43,514 bases of DNA, taken from an uncultured Candidatus Nanopelagicus sp. GTDB lineage: Bacteria > Actinomycetota > Actinomycetes > Nanopelagicales > Nanopelagicaceae. Numbering within the stretch: position 1 is the stretch's first letter; every line of letters begins with the position of its first letter. The translations under genes and the position numbers were made by a program. Of the stretch, positions 1 to 8,751 are shown piece after piece. Location: assembly GCA_964344025.1 (NCBI GenBank), contig CAYFKM010000002.1, positions 1 to 43,514 of the forward strand, given 5' to 3'. The notes below the pieces were generated by a model, which was not told the origin of the DNA, searched no databases, and worked only from the letters and a program-made list of their open reading frames with translations.

Positions 1-586
1 TAGACAAAAGCATTGCCTCTTTTTGTACTCTCACGTTATCAATACTGATTGAGTAATTAATTGGTTTGAATTGATTAAGGACCATGAGCATAGCTATGGT
101 GTATTTAAGCTTGCCTTTAGGCCACCTTATTTGATTTGCAAAAGAATTGACTTTAGCGTCAAATCCTGTGCTTAAGACTTGAACAAAATACGACACATTG
201 TCTGTGCTCGTAATTTTAGCAAGATCAATTTTATGATTGCTAGGCTGAGAATAGAGTTCGTAGAGCTGGACTATGCTCATTTTTTTAACCGATAAGGTTC
301 GGGCAAAATCATTACCAGTGCCTGCTGCAACCACACCGAAAGCAATGTTGGTATCAACTAGTAGCTGAACACATAGATGTACTAATCCATCTCCCCCGAA
401 AGCTATAAGTTTGGTGAACTTTCCACTTGCAATAAGTGCACTAACTTTATTTACAGTTTCATTCGCGGTGCTTTCATCAACGATTTCGTGGACCTCACCA
501 TGTTTGTCTAGCAATAAGGAAAATTCAGAAACCAACCTTTGAGCGCGTTGTTTTCCTGCTTTTCGATTTACAACTAGTAGCCACAT
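1..586 (-). CDS. Diacylglycerol kinase-family lipid kinase (YegS/Rv2252/BmrU-like), 3' end truncated by window edge
   Basis: Not in the ORF track. Manual translation from ATG 586 gives MWLLVVNRKAGK...IAFGGDGLVH...GVVAAGTGNDFARTL, with the GGDG and GTGNDFAR motifs. TGATG overlap with the tatC stop; usual position downstream of tatC. Confidence 0.9.
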   Translation of the reverse strand, partial: MWLLVVNRKAGKQRAQRLVSEFSLLLDKHGEVHEIVDESTANETVNKVSALIASGKFTKLIAFGGDGLVHLCVQLLVDTNIAFGVVAAGTGNDFARTLSVKKMSIVQLYELYSQPSNHKIDLAKITSTDNVSYFVQVLSTGFDAKVNSFANQIRWPKGKLKYTIAMLMVLNQFKPINYSISIDNVRVQKEAMLLS

Positions 587-1392
587 CAGATTACATCTGG
601 CTTAGATATGGGAGTTACCCCTAGATCACTGTCATATCCTTTACTTCGTCTTCTATCCACAAGAAGAGCAAATAACCCAGAAGCAAAATAGATCAAACAA
701 AGTGGGATAGCTAAGACGGTCATTGTGATTGGATCAGGAGTTGGAGTGAATGCAGCCGTGAAAAGAAAGCATGAAAAAACTGCGATTCGCCACGGTTTGA
801 GAATGGATTTACCTGAGATTAGCCCTAAAAGATTGAGTGCCACCAAAAAAAGCGGCAAAATGAATGCAAGTCCAAATACTAAAATCAGTCTCAAGACGAA
901 ATCAAGGTATTCATCAAATCGAATCAGGTTTTCAAGATTGTTCGGAGTAAAACCAAGAAGTATTTTTACGGCGTGTGGCAGAACTACATAGGCCACAGAT
1001 GTACCAGATAAGAAAAGCGGAGTAGCTATAAGTGCAAAAAAAAGTGCAGTCCGTCTTTCTTTTCGATGAAGTGCTGGGGTAATAAAAGCCCAAAATTGGT
1101 ATATCCAAATTGGCGCGGAGAGAATCACACCAGAAAGAAGTGAGATCTTAACTTGTAAATTAAAGGGCCCTAAAATTCCATTTACATACAGATCCCCGCA
1201 CTCTACCTTTGTCGGCACAGAGGAATTACCAATGTCACAGAAAGGTAAAGTCAGTAAACGAACTATTTTCTGATAGAAGAACCAACCTACTGTAGAGAAA
1301 ATTGAGATGGCAATAACTGATTTAATCAACCGGTTACGAAACTCTTGAATATGATCTAGCAGTGGCATTCTTCCGCCACGGCGTGTGCTCAT
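586..1392 (-). CDS. tatC: Twin-arginine translocase subunit TatC
   Basis: MPLLDHIQEFRNRL, YQFWAFITPAL and FTPTPDPITM motifs; about 6 TM segments; follows tatA. ATG 1392 preferred over TTG 1395. Confidence 0.97.
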   Translation of the reverse strand: MSTRRGGRMPLLDHIQEFRNRLIKSVIAISIFSTVGWFFYQKIVRLLTLPFCDIGNSSVPTKVECGDLYVNGILGPFNLQVKISLLSGVILSAPIWIYQFWAFITPALHRKERRTALFFALIATPLFLSGTSVAYVVLPHAVKILLGFTPNNLENLIRFDEYLDFVLRLILVFGLAFILPLFLVALNLLGLISGKSILKPWRIAVFSCFLFTAAFTPTPDPITMTVLAIPLCLIYFASGLFALLVDRRRSKGYDSDLGVTPISKPDVI

Positions 1393-1398
1393 CAAAAA

Positions 1399-1590
1399 CT
1401 ACTTATCAGAGTTTGGATTTGACTTTTTATTTTCTGGATTTTCATCCTTGTTCAACTCTTGAATCTCGCTCTTAAATATTCTAAGTGAGCGCCCAAGTGA
1501 ACGAGCAGAGTCCGGTAGACGTTTTGACCCAAATAAAACGAGAAAAACGATCGCTAAAACAAGAAGGTGCCAAGGTCTAAGAGAATTCAT
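1399..1590 (-). CDS. tatA: Twin-arginine translocase subunit TatA
   Basis: TM helix followed by [24 protein letters not shown] amphipathic helix. Confidence 0.97.
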   Translation of the reverse strand: MNSLRPWHLLVLAIVFLVLFGSKRLPDSARSLGRSLRIFKSEIQELNKDENPENKKSNPNSDK

Positions 1591-1610
1591 AGTTCGATTC
1601 TACCCTAAAC

Positions 1611-2528
1611 CTATTGGGAGCCGTATAGAGCCAAAATAGCCTCTGCCCCTTTATTTATCTCATCCGCAAACTCAGCAGGGGCTAACACCTTGATGTGTGG
1701 TGCATTACTCAATATACAACGTTTTAGCCAATGCAGATTCGAAACTTCAAGATTGACTTTGATTGAGGTCGCAGATTCTTCAGAACTTTTGACTAACAAG
1801 GAATTTCTCTCTATAAAGATTCGTCTTGCTTTGTTTATTGAGAGCGCTACATTATGAACTTCTAAATCTCTATCAACTAAATCTATTCTGCTTGATTTTC
1901 CTTCCTTCAAAATCTTCATCAAATCTGCGCGAAAAATCCTCTCAGATGAGAGTCCGGTGTCGATAGCTCTCACATAGATCTTCCCATTCAACATGTAAAC
2001 CTCGGTTGGGATGATCTTTCTGATCTTTACCTCATCCTTAGAAATAGATGTGTACTCAATTTCCAGCTCCTGATTGAAGCTAATAGCACGATTTATTGTG
2101 AGTAATATTTCAGGGTTAGGCGCCATCAAATTATCTGTAGAAGAAAAAGTGGGAACAAGTTTTGAAATTTTGCGAATTAGTTTTTCAATTTTGGCAGTGT
2201 GTGAGGAATTTGCCGAATATAACTCGCTCAATATTCGTAACCCGATTATGACGACTACAAGCTCACTTTTTGAAAATCTCCTTGGTTTGTCCAGTACCTG
2301 CGGATCAACAACTGTGACTTCTCCATTTTCAAATACAATGTCAATCAGTTCGTATGGCGTATAACCTGGTAAACCACACATAAAAATAAGTTGCAAATCC
2401 TTCTCAATCTGAGATTCCGTAGTGAAAAATTTTCTGGCTAGGCTCTTAATTGAAGATCCAGGATTTTCAAGAATATAAGGAATTAGGTCCATAGTTCTCA
2501 AAGCTCTTTTACCTGAAGTTTCAACCAT
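1611..2528 (-). CDS. pafC: WYL-domain transcriptional activator PafC
   Basis: N-terminal HTH with MCGLPGYTPYELID; WYL-type domain (ERIFRADLM); lies between pafB and tatA. Confidence 0.88.
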   Translation of the reverse strand: MVETSGKRALRTMDLIPYILENPGSSIKSLARKFFTTESQIEKDLQLIFMCGLPGYTPYELIDIVFENGEVTVVDPQVLDKPRRFSKSELVVVIIGLRILSELYSANSSHTAKIEKLIRKISKLVPTFSSTDNLMAPNPEILLTINRAISFNQELEIEYTSISKDEVKIRKIIPTEVYMLNGKIYVRAIDTGLSSERIFRADLMKILKEGKSSRIDLVDRDLEVHNVALSINKARRIFIERNSLLVKSSEESATSIKVNLEVSNLHWLKRCILSNAPHIKVLAPAEFADEINKGAEAILALYGSQ

Positions 2529-3444
2529 TAATTAACTCCCTTATATTGTCAATTAATTTATCTCTTAAGAGTTTTGGTTCTACTAGGCAAATCTCGGTTC
2601 CGTACCATAATACAAGTTCGATAAGTTCATAATCGTGTCTATATGGGAGCAACAGTTCATCCCACTCATCGTCTAGAAACTTAACCTCAAATTTATCTCT
2701 AAGTGCCAGCGCACTTCCTTTTCGGATATTCACAATTGCAATTTGTTTCTGACTATTCTGATTTTGTTCAAAAAACTTTGGAATCTTTAAATCTGTAGGT
2801 CTTATGAATGAGTCCTTGACCTTACCGACGGTAAATTTGCTTTCAATCCTAACCATTTTGAAAGACTTGACCACTCCAGATTCATCAGCAATTAGGTACC
2901 AAAAGCCACCATTTGTAATTAGACCATATGGCTTGACTACCCTGCCTTTTCCGGAGTATGTAAAACTTAAAGTTTGAGAATTTTCGATCGCATGAAACGC
3001 ATTAATTAGTAATTCAGTATCCTCATTTAGTTTTACCCGAGGTGAATTAGTGATATCACTATCTACTGGCCCACTTAAAGATTGAATTTTAAGCAAAGCT
3101 GAATTGGAGTCGAGCTCTAACGCAGATTCATGCCATAAATTTGCTGCCATAGTTAGAAGCAACAATTCTTCTTTACTAAATTCATTCACGCCAAATTGGA
3201 GTGAGTTACCATCTATCAGGTACCCTAAATCATCCTCAAATAAAGGGTCTGAGCTGCTAACTTCAATCTGAATTCCTAAGGCTCTTAGCTCTTCCTTATC
3301 CCGCTCAAACATACGTTCTTTTGTCTCCTGGCTACCCTCATACCCAGGAATTTTCAAAAATATTTCAGATTTACTTAAATGACGTTTTGTAGCTAGAAGC
3401 GCCAGAGTGAGATTAATTAAACGCTCGGTCTTTTGAGAACTCAC
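2521..3444 (-). CDS. pafB: WYL-domain transcriptional activator PafB
   Basis: KTERLINLTLALL...RMFERDKEELRALG N-terminus and a literal WYL motif (GFWYLIA). Confidence 0.92.
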   Translation of the reverse strand: MSSQKTERLINLTLALLATKRHLSKSEIFLKIPGYEGSQETKERMFERDKEELRALGIQIEVSSSDPLFEDDLGYLIDGNSLQFGVNEFSKEELLLLTMAANLWHESALELDSNSALLKIQSLSGPVDSDITNSPRVKLNEDTELLINAFHAIENSQTLSFTYSGKGRVVKPYGLITNGGFWYLIADESGVVKSFKMVRIESKFTVGKVKDSFIRPTDLKIPKFFEQNQNSQKQIAIVNIRKGSALALRDKFEVKFLDDEWDELLLPYRHDYELIELVLWYGTEICLVEPKLLRDKLIDNIRELING

Positions 3445-3487
3445 TTACTTAGGTTATCTCGAAGTAGATTGTTTGCTAAGATTAAGT

Positions 3488-3988
3488 ATGCAAAAACCAG
3501 GCAAATTTTTACTCCTATTGCTCTCAGCATTAATTCTAACTTCATGTACAACCGATGGGGGCGTGAGTCCAATGAATGAACAAAACCAGATTGGTATTAA
3601 TCTGCCTAAAGTGACAGGTGAAAAAGGTGTGAAGCCTAATATTTCAGCCCCTAACGGACAACCTCCAACTTCGTTGGAGATGAAAGATATATTTGTCGGA
3701 AATGGGAAAGAGGCGGTTGCAACATCAGTTCTAGAGGTTCACTACACATTGATGGCATGGAGCTCTGGAGTACTCGTCGAATCCTCATGGGACTCCGGAC
3801 AAAGTGCAACTTTTCCACTTAGCGGTGTAATTTTGGGATGGCAACAAGGTATTCCTGGAATGAAAGAGGGCGGAAGACGTTTGTTAGTGATTCCACCAGA
3901 TCTCGGATATGGCGCACAAGGAGCGGGTGGAGCAATCGGTCCTAATGAAACCTTAATCTTTGTTGTTGATTTAATAAAGGTGAACTAA
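3488..3988 (+). CDS. FKBP-type peptidyl-prolyl cis-trans isomerase, predicted lipoprotein
   Basis: VILGWQQGIPGMKEGGRRLLVIPPDLGYG and ETLIFVVDL motifs. Signal peptide with lipobox LTSC when started at ATG 3488. Confidence 0.93.
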   Translation: MQKPGKFLLLLLSALILTSCTTDGGVSPMNEQNQIGINLPKVTGEKGVKPNISAPNGQPPTSLEMKDIFVGNGKEAVATSVLEVHYTLMAWSSGVLVESSWDSGQSATFPLSGVILGWQQGIPGMKEGGRRLLVIPPDLGYGAQGAGGAIGPNETLIFVVDLIKVN

Positions 3989-4830
3989 TCACCCAAATCG
4001 TAAGCACCTTTTGAGGGTCTTCTTCGCCGTTGCAAAACTGGAACACCTGGGGCCATCTTGCGGGCAAAGATTAAAAATCCAGTGTGACCAATCATTCGAT
4101 GTTGTGGTCTAACAGCCAAGCCCTCATGGTGCCAGCCTCTAACAATTGTTTCCAAAGATTCAGGCTCAGTGAATACCCCAGATTCCCGAATAACTTCCGC
4201 CATTTTAGATAATTGTGTGGTTGTTGCTACATAGGCCAACAAGACTCCGCCAGGAACAAGTGCTTGGGAGGCTACTTTGATGCACTCCCATGGCGCCAAC
4301 ATATCCAGCACTACCCGATCAAACTCGGATTCAAAGTTTTGATCCTGTAAGGCACCAACTGAGAGTTTCCAATTATTTGGAATCTCACCAAAATACTGTT
4401 TGATATTTTCGCGAGAAATCGCGGCAAAATCATCTCGAATTTCTACCGAATGCAAAAAACCATTCTCGGTAATAGCACGCAACAATGAAATTGTAAGCGC
4501 CCCAGAGCCAACCCCGGCTTCAAGAACTCTTAATCCTGGTTTTATATCAGCAACTCCCAAAATCATCGCTGCATCTTTTGGGTAAATTATGGTTGCACCT
4601 CTTGGCATGGAAAGCACATAATCAGCAAGAAGCGGTCTGAAAGCTTGGAATTTTAGTTCTTGATTAGTCTTAACAATCGAACCCTCGGGAAGACCTACTA
4701 ATTCATCATGCTTGAGCATTCCCTTGTGAGTATGCCATTCTCCACCCACCGTAAGCGTAATTGAATATAACTTCCCTTTGCTGTCTGTTAATTGAACTCG
4801 ATCGCCATACTCAAATTTTCGATCGATCAT
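3985..4830 (-). CDS. trmI: tRNA (adenine(58)-N1)-methyltransferase
   Basis: MPRGATIIYPKD, VLEAGVGSGALT, LDMLAPWE and HRMIGHTGF motifs. Confidence 0.95.
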   Translation of the reverse strand: MIDRKFEYGDRVQLTDSKGKLYSITLTVGGEWHTHKGMLKHDELVGLPEGSIVKTNQELKFQAFRPLLADYVLSMPRGATIIYPKDAAMILGVADIKPGLRVLEAGVGSGALTISLLRAITENGFLHSVEIRDDFAAISRENIKQYFGEIPNNWKLSVGALQDQNFESEFDRVVLDMLAPWECIKVASQALVPGGVLLAYVATTTQLSKMAEVIRESGVFTEPESLETIVRGWHHEGLAVRPQHRMIGHTGFLIFARKMAPGVPVLQRRRRPSKGAYDLGD

Positions 4831-5492
4831 TTTGCTCCTAGTTTAAACAAGCTTGGATACCAATGAACTAACATATTAAGAGATATTTCCGACAAATTTT
4901 TCACTACCCTCAAATTATCATGTGAATTCAAGTTGCTCGTATGTGAAATAGCAATGACTTTTCCACCTGACGACAATGCAGCATTAATGCCTGTTTGAGA
5001 ATCTTCAAAAATCACACATTTGTCGATATCGACGTCGAGAAGCTTGGCAGCCTTTAAATAAGGCTCAGGATCGGGCTTGGTTTTTATAACATCATCACGC
5101 GAAATTGCAACATCAAAACTATCGGGCGGAAACTTTTTAAGTGCGATATTCATAAGTTCCTTACCGCTTGCAGTTACCAAAGCTGTCTTAATACCATTTT
5201 CTCTCGCTTGAGATATCAAGGTTAATGCATTTGGAATTAACTTTAGATCCTGTCGCAATTTTGATTTCATGGCTAAGTTTAGTTGGTCTCTAAAGTAACC
5301 AAATGGTTTGATATGTCCACTCCGCTCCTGCATATATCGCTCGGTCCGATCCATCGGTCCACCTAGGCAGTTGAGTTGATCCGAGGCATCCCAGTGCAGG
5401 CCTAACGCACCCATTACCTCGATCTCGGCTTGTAGCCATAACGGCTCGGAATCAATTACAGTCCCGTCCATATCGAACAATAATGCGCTCAC
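4827..5492 (-). CDS. HAD-family phosphatase
   Basis: FDMDGTVIDSE, KPDPEPY and FEDSQTG motifs. Confidence 0.92.
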   Translation of the reverse strand: MSALLFDMDGTVIDSEPLWLQAEIEVMGALGLHWDASDQLNCLGGPMDRTERYMQERSGHIKPFGYFRDQLNLAMKSKLRQDLKLIPNALTLISQARENGIKTALVTASGKELMNIALKKFPPDSFDVAISRDDVIKTKPDPEPYLKAAKLLDVDIDKCVIFEDSQTGINAALSSGGKVIAISHTSNLNSHDNLRVVKNLSEISLNMLVHWYPSLFKLGAK

Positions 5493-5565
5493 AGATTAAC
5501 ACTCTCTATCAACAATATTTTTTTGTTTTATTACTTACAAGTTTATCGTATATTAAAAGAATCTC

Positions 5566-6789
5566 TTACAGTGCAAGACCTAATATTGAATCGATTGCTC
5601 TTGAAACAACTCCACTTTCGTTAACAATTGGTTCTCCATTACTTTTTTGTGCCCATTCAACCAACTTACTAAGTGCTAGGGGCGTGTTTAGATTTCCTGC
5701 AACAGCTTGAACCAAATCATTGATCAATTCCCTAGTCGGCGCAACAAGACTTTTCGCTAATGTGGAGCGAATCAGCGCTACCTCAGATGTTGCTTTTGCT
5801 AGCAGTTCTAGGCTCCACTCACGATCCTGCTGGTAGTGACCACTTAGCAATGCCCAACGAATTACCATGGGATCAAAACCTTCTTGAATTAGTTTTGATA
5901 CAAAAACCAAATTACCCTTTGACTTACTCATCTTCTCTCCCTGATATCCGACCATTGCAGCGTGAACATAATGAGCAGAAAACTCGCGTCCAAGAGCAGC
6001 CTTCACCAGTTGGGAGCTCATAAAGTGGTGGGGAAATACAAGGTCGGAGCCACCTCCTTGTATTTCGATAACTGGATTGGAATGGTCAGTATCCAAATAT
6101 TTGCAGGCAATTGCGGTGCACTCAATGTGCCAGCCTGGTCTGCCAAAACCATACTTACTTTCCCATCCAGGTTCTCCTTTTACATTTGCACTCCATACCA
6201 AGGGGTCAAGTGGATGTCTCTTACCGTCTCTTTGAGGATCGCCTCCTCGTTCAGCAAAAATTTTTACTGCCTGATCGATTGTCAATGGTAAATCGGTAAG
6301 GAAATCCTTACAACTAAAATATAGATCTTTCTCAACGCTATAAAGATGCCCATTGGCATTAAGCAATCCAATGAAATCTTCAACTAAATTCATTGACTCT
6401 GTGACTTTTACAAAATGATCTGGTGGGAGAATTCTTAAAGAGGCCATATCCGATCTAAAGAGTTCTATTTGAGCTTGTGCCAGGTCTTGCCAATCTTGGT
6501 TATCCCGCTTTGCGCGCTCTAAAAGTGGATCATCCACATCTGTAACATTTTCAACAAAAATTACTTTATTACCAGAAAGTTTCATATATCGATTAAGTAG
6601 ATCAAAGGCTAAGTAAGTTGCTGCATGACCCAAATGAGTTGCATCATAAGGCGTAATACCGCACACATACATCCGCAACCGCTTATTACTAGAGACTTGA
6701 GTAAGTCCTACCTTGGAGTCCTTAAGACTCAATATTGGAAAATCAATCTCAGTAAGCGGCGGCAAATATATCTCTGGCCAACTTTTCAA
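5566..6789 (-). CDS. mshC: Mycothiol biosynthesis cysteine:GlcN-Ins ligase
   Basis: CysRS-like fold: YVCGITPYDATHLGH, GRPGWHIEC, KMSKSKGN, with no anticodon domain. Start set at TTG 6789 (MKSWPE) behind an AAGGAG SD. Confidence 0.94.
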   Translation of the reverse strand: MKSWPEIYLPPLTEIDFPILSLKDSKVGLTQVSSNKRLRMYVCGITPYDATHLGHAATYLAFDLLNRYMKLSGNKVIFVENVTDVDDPLLERAKRDNQDWQDLAQAQIELFRSDMASLRILPPDHFVKVTESMNLVEDFIGLLNANGHLYSVEKDLYFSCKDFLTDLPLTIDQAVKIFAERGGDPQRDGKRHPLDPLVWSANVKGEPGWESKYGFGRPGWHIECTAIACKYLDTDHSNPVIEIQGGGSDLVFPHHFMSSQLVKAALGREFSAHYVHAAMVGYQGEKMSKSKGNLVFVSKLIQEGFDPMVIRWALLSGHYQQDREWSLELLAKATSEVALIRSTLAKSLVAPTRELINDLVQAVAGNLNTPLALSKLVEWAQKSNGEPIVNESGVVSRAIDSILGLAL

Positions 6790-6802
6790 TCCCTTACTCC
6801 TT

Positions 6803-7495
6803 TCAAACCGGAGGCCACGGAATAGCTGGCCAACGATCACTTGGGACTGGAAACCTACTTTCTTCAATCAATAATTCTATCCTTGTATACAATGCATCTA
6901 TCTCCTCGTTTGTAAGAAGAGAATTGAAAATTTTTTCGTACTCTAATTCATATGAGTTCTGAAGAAGTTGCTTTTCTTGCTCGCCCAACTCTTCATCTGC
7001 AAATTGCCAGATTACAGTGCGTAGTTTATTCTCAGTGTGAAATGTAACTCCATGATCACATCCAAACAAGTTTCCCTTTTCAAGAAGTAAGTGACCATAT
7101 TTTCGATCAGTATTGTTAACAACGGCATCAAAAATAGCCATCGCTTTTAGTTGCGGGTCATTACTCTGGCCAAAAGTGACAATGTCTATATCTTGGTCAG
7201 TCTCAATCCATTCTTGAACCATCCCATATCCAAAAGGACCATCTCGCAATACAGTTGTTGGGACCAGGTTGAATCCAGCCAAATCGCTTAGAACAAATGA
7301 GCAATACTCGCGATGGGCTAAGTGTCCATCTTGAAAATCCCATAGTGGTTTTTCGCCAGCAATTGGTTTATAGATTACTTTTTGAGTCTCATTTTCACTT
7401 TCTATCTCAGCTAGAAGGGTTGCATTTGAGGCATCAACCAATCTACCGATCACTCTTAAATCATTTCCAAGCAGAGTTTGCGTACTAATTCTCAT
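6803..7495 (-). CDS. SCO1664-family protein (PI3/PI4-kinase-like fold)
   Basis: YKPIAGEKPLWDF, NNTDRKYGH, DHGVTF and C-terminal WPAIPWPP. ATG 7495 has an ATGA overlap with the upstream stop. Confidence 0.88.
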   Translation of the reverse strand: MRISTQTLLGNDLRVIGRLVDASNATLLAEIESENETQKVIYKPIAGEKPLWDFQDGHLAHREYCSFVLSDLAGFNLVPTTVLRDGPFGYGMVQEWIETDQDIDIVTFGQSNDPQLKAMAIFDAVVNNTDRKYGHLLLEKGNLFGCDHGVTFHTENKLRTVIWQFADEELGEQEKQLLQNSYELEYEKIFNSLLTNEEIDALYTRIELLIEESRFPVPSDRWPAIPWPPV

Positions 7496-8031
7496 CTTCG
7501 ATAACCATTCGCCCGAGGGCACAGATGGCCATTGGGGTCGATAGGTAGTGCGCAAAAAGGACATGCAACTCTTCCTGCGCTAACCACCGCTTTAGCTCGA
7601 ATACAAAAACCTTTGACCTGATTAATTGTTAATGAAGCTATCACTAAGTCAGGTCCACTATCTAGATCTTCAAGAACTAAATCTTCAACTTGCGATGCTG
7701 CTTGAATACTGACAACTATCTTACTGTTTTCCCAAGCAATACTAATTATCCCGATTTGAAAATCTTGTTCAATCGGCAATTCAAGAGGATCATCATCCAT
7801 TAAGGGGGATGCTAATAAGTCCTCTGACGATGCCATTAATGATCGGCGTAACTCTCGTATCAACTCTTCAAATCGTTGCGTGAGTGCAATAACTTGATTT
7901 TTTTCAACAGCCAAGGTGTTTATTCCGTCACTGGACCTAACTTGGATAAAAAACTCTCTTTCACCAGGTTGCCCAATTGCGCTAACAATAAATCTTTCAG
8001 TTGGATCGTGCCGGTAAACAATTCTTGGCAT
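7492..8031 (-). CDS. DUF3090-family protein
   Basis: GQPGEREFFIQ and C-terminal AGRxxCPFCxxPIDPNGHLCPRANG. ATG 8031 has a TAATG overlap. Confidence 0.88.
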   Translation of the reverse strand: MPRIVYRHDPTERFIVSAIGQPGEREFFIQVRSSDGINTLAVEKNQVIALTQRFEELIRELRRSLMASSEDLLASPLMDDDPLELPIEQDFQIGIISIAWENSKIVVSIQAASQVEDLVLEDLDSGPDLVIASLTINQVKGFCIRAKAVVSAGRVACPFCALPIDPNGHLCPRANGYRR

Positions 8032-8702
8032 TACCGTTTCCACCACATGAGTTTGTTGACGAGGAAATCTCCCCCACCAATTGTATTTGTGACATTATTC
8101 TGTAAAGCGCGAGTTGGATAGGTATTACTGCCTAGAATTGAGTATGCGCCCCTTTTGCTGCCAATCGTCGAAATGGAGCCCGGTTCGATAACAAATTTTT
8201 GAAATCCATCAATTTTTAAGCCTGCAGCTACAGCTAAAAACATCTTCACAATGTCGCCATGAGTAACTAATAAAACCGGCTCTCTGTGGCCATCCAAACT
8301 CTTAAAAAGATTTTCGACACGAGACCTCATAGACTTGAAACTTTCACCACCCGGGAAGGTGAATTTTGAAGGGGTGGTCTGAATAGTTCGCCACTCATTC
8401 TTACGAGCTAATTTTGAAAGCTTGTGACCTGACCATATTCCATAATCCATTTCGATCAATCTTTCATCTTGAGAAAATGGAATTTTGCCACTTCGTGCTC
8501 TAAATGGCTCAATCGTCTGCAGGCATCTCGTCAAAGGACTAGAAAGTATTTTCCCAATCTCAAGCTGGTCTAGGACCTGAACAAGTTTTTTCGCTTGTAC
8601 AAAACCTTGCTTTGTTAGCTCCACTGAATTATCTCTGCCCGCCAAAACACCTTTTGCATTTGCAGTTGATTGAGCATGACGCAAGAGATAAATGATGGGC
8701 AT
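8031..8702 (-). CDS. Histidine phosphatase family protein (MSMEG_4193-like)
   Basis: LLRHAQS, SSPLTRCLQT, EMDYGIWSG and VTHGD motifs; conserved position upstream of DUF3090. Confidence 0.88.
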   Translation of the reverse strand: MPIIYLLRHAQSTANAKGVLAGRDNSVELTKQGFVQAKKLVQVLDQLEIGKILSSPLTRCLQTIEPFRARSGKIPFSQDERLIEMDYGIWSGHKLSKLARKNEWRTIQTTPSKFTFPGGESFKSMRSRVENLFKSLDGHREPVLLVTHGDIVKMFLAVAAGLKIDGFQKFVIEPGSISTIGSKRGAYSILGSNTYPTRALQNNVTNTIGGGDFLVNKLMWWKR

Positions 8703-8751
8703 TTGGCAAGGTTACCGATCTTTTTACGCTCTTGTTGCTAATCTGCCAGCC

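Noticed and set aside
1611..3444. WYL proteins as markers of a CRISPR or defence island
   Set aside because: They are the housekeeping PafB/PafC pair in standard tatAC context; no cas genes or repeat arrays
5566..6867. Cysteinyl-tRNA synthetase, and the long ORF-track start at 6867
   Set aside because: Size, lack of anticodon domain and gene context indicate MshC; the long start would overlap the upstream gene, while TTG 6789 has an SD
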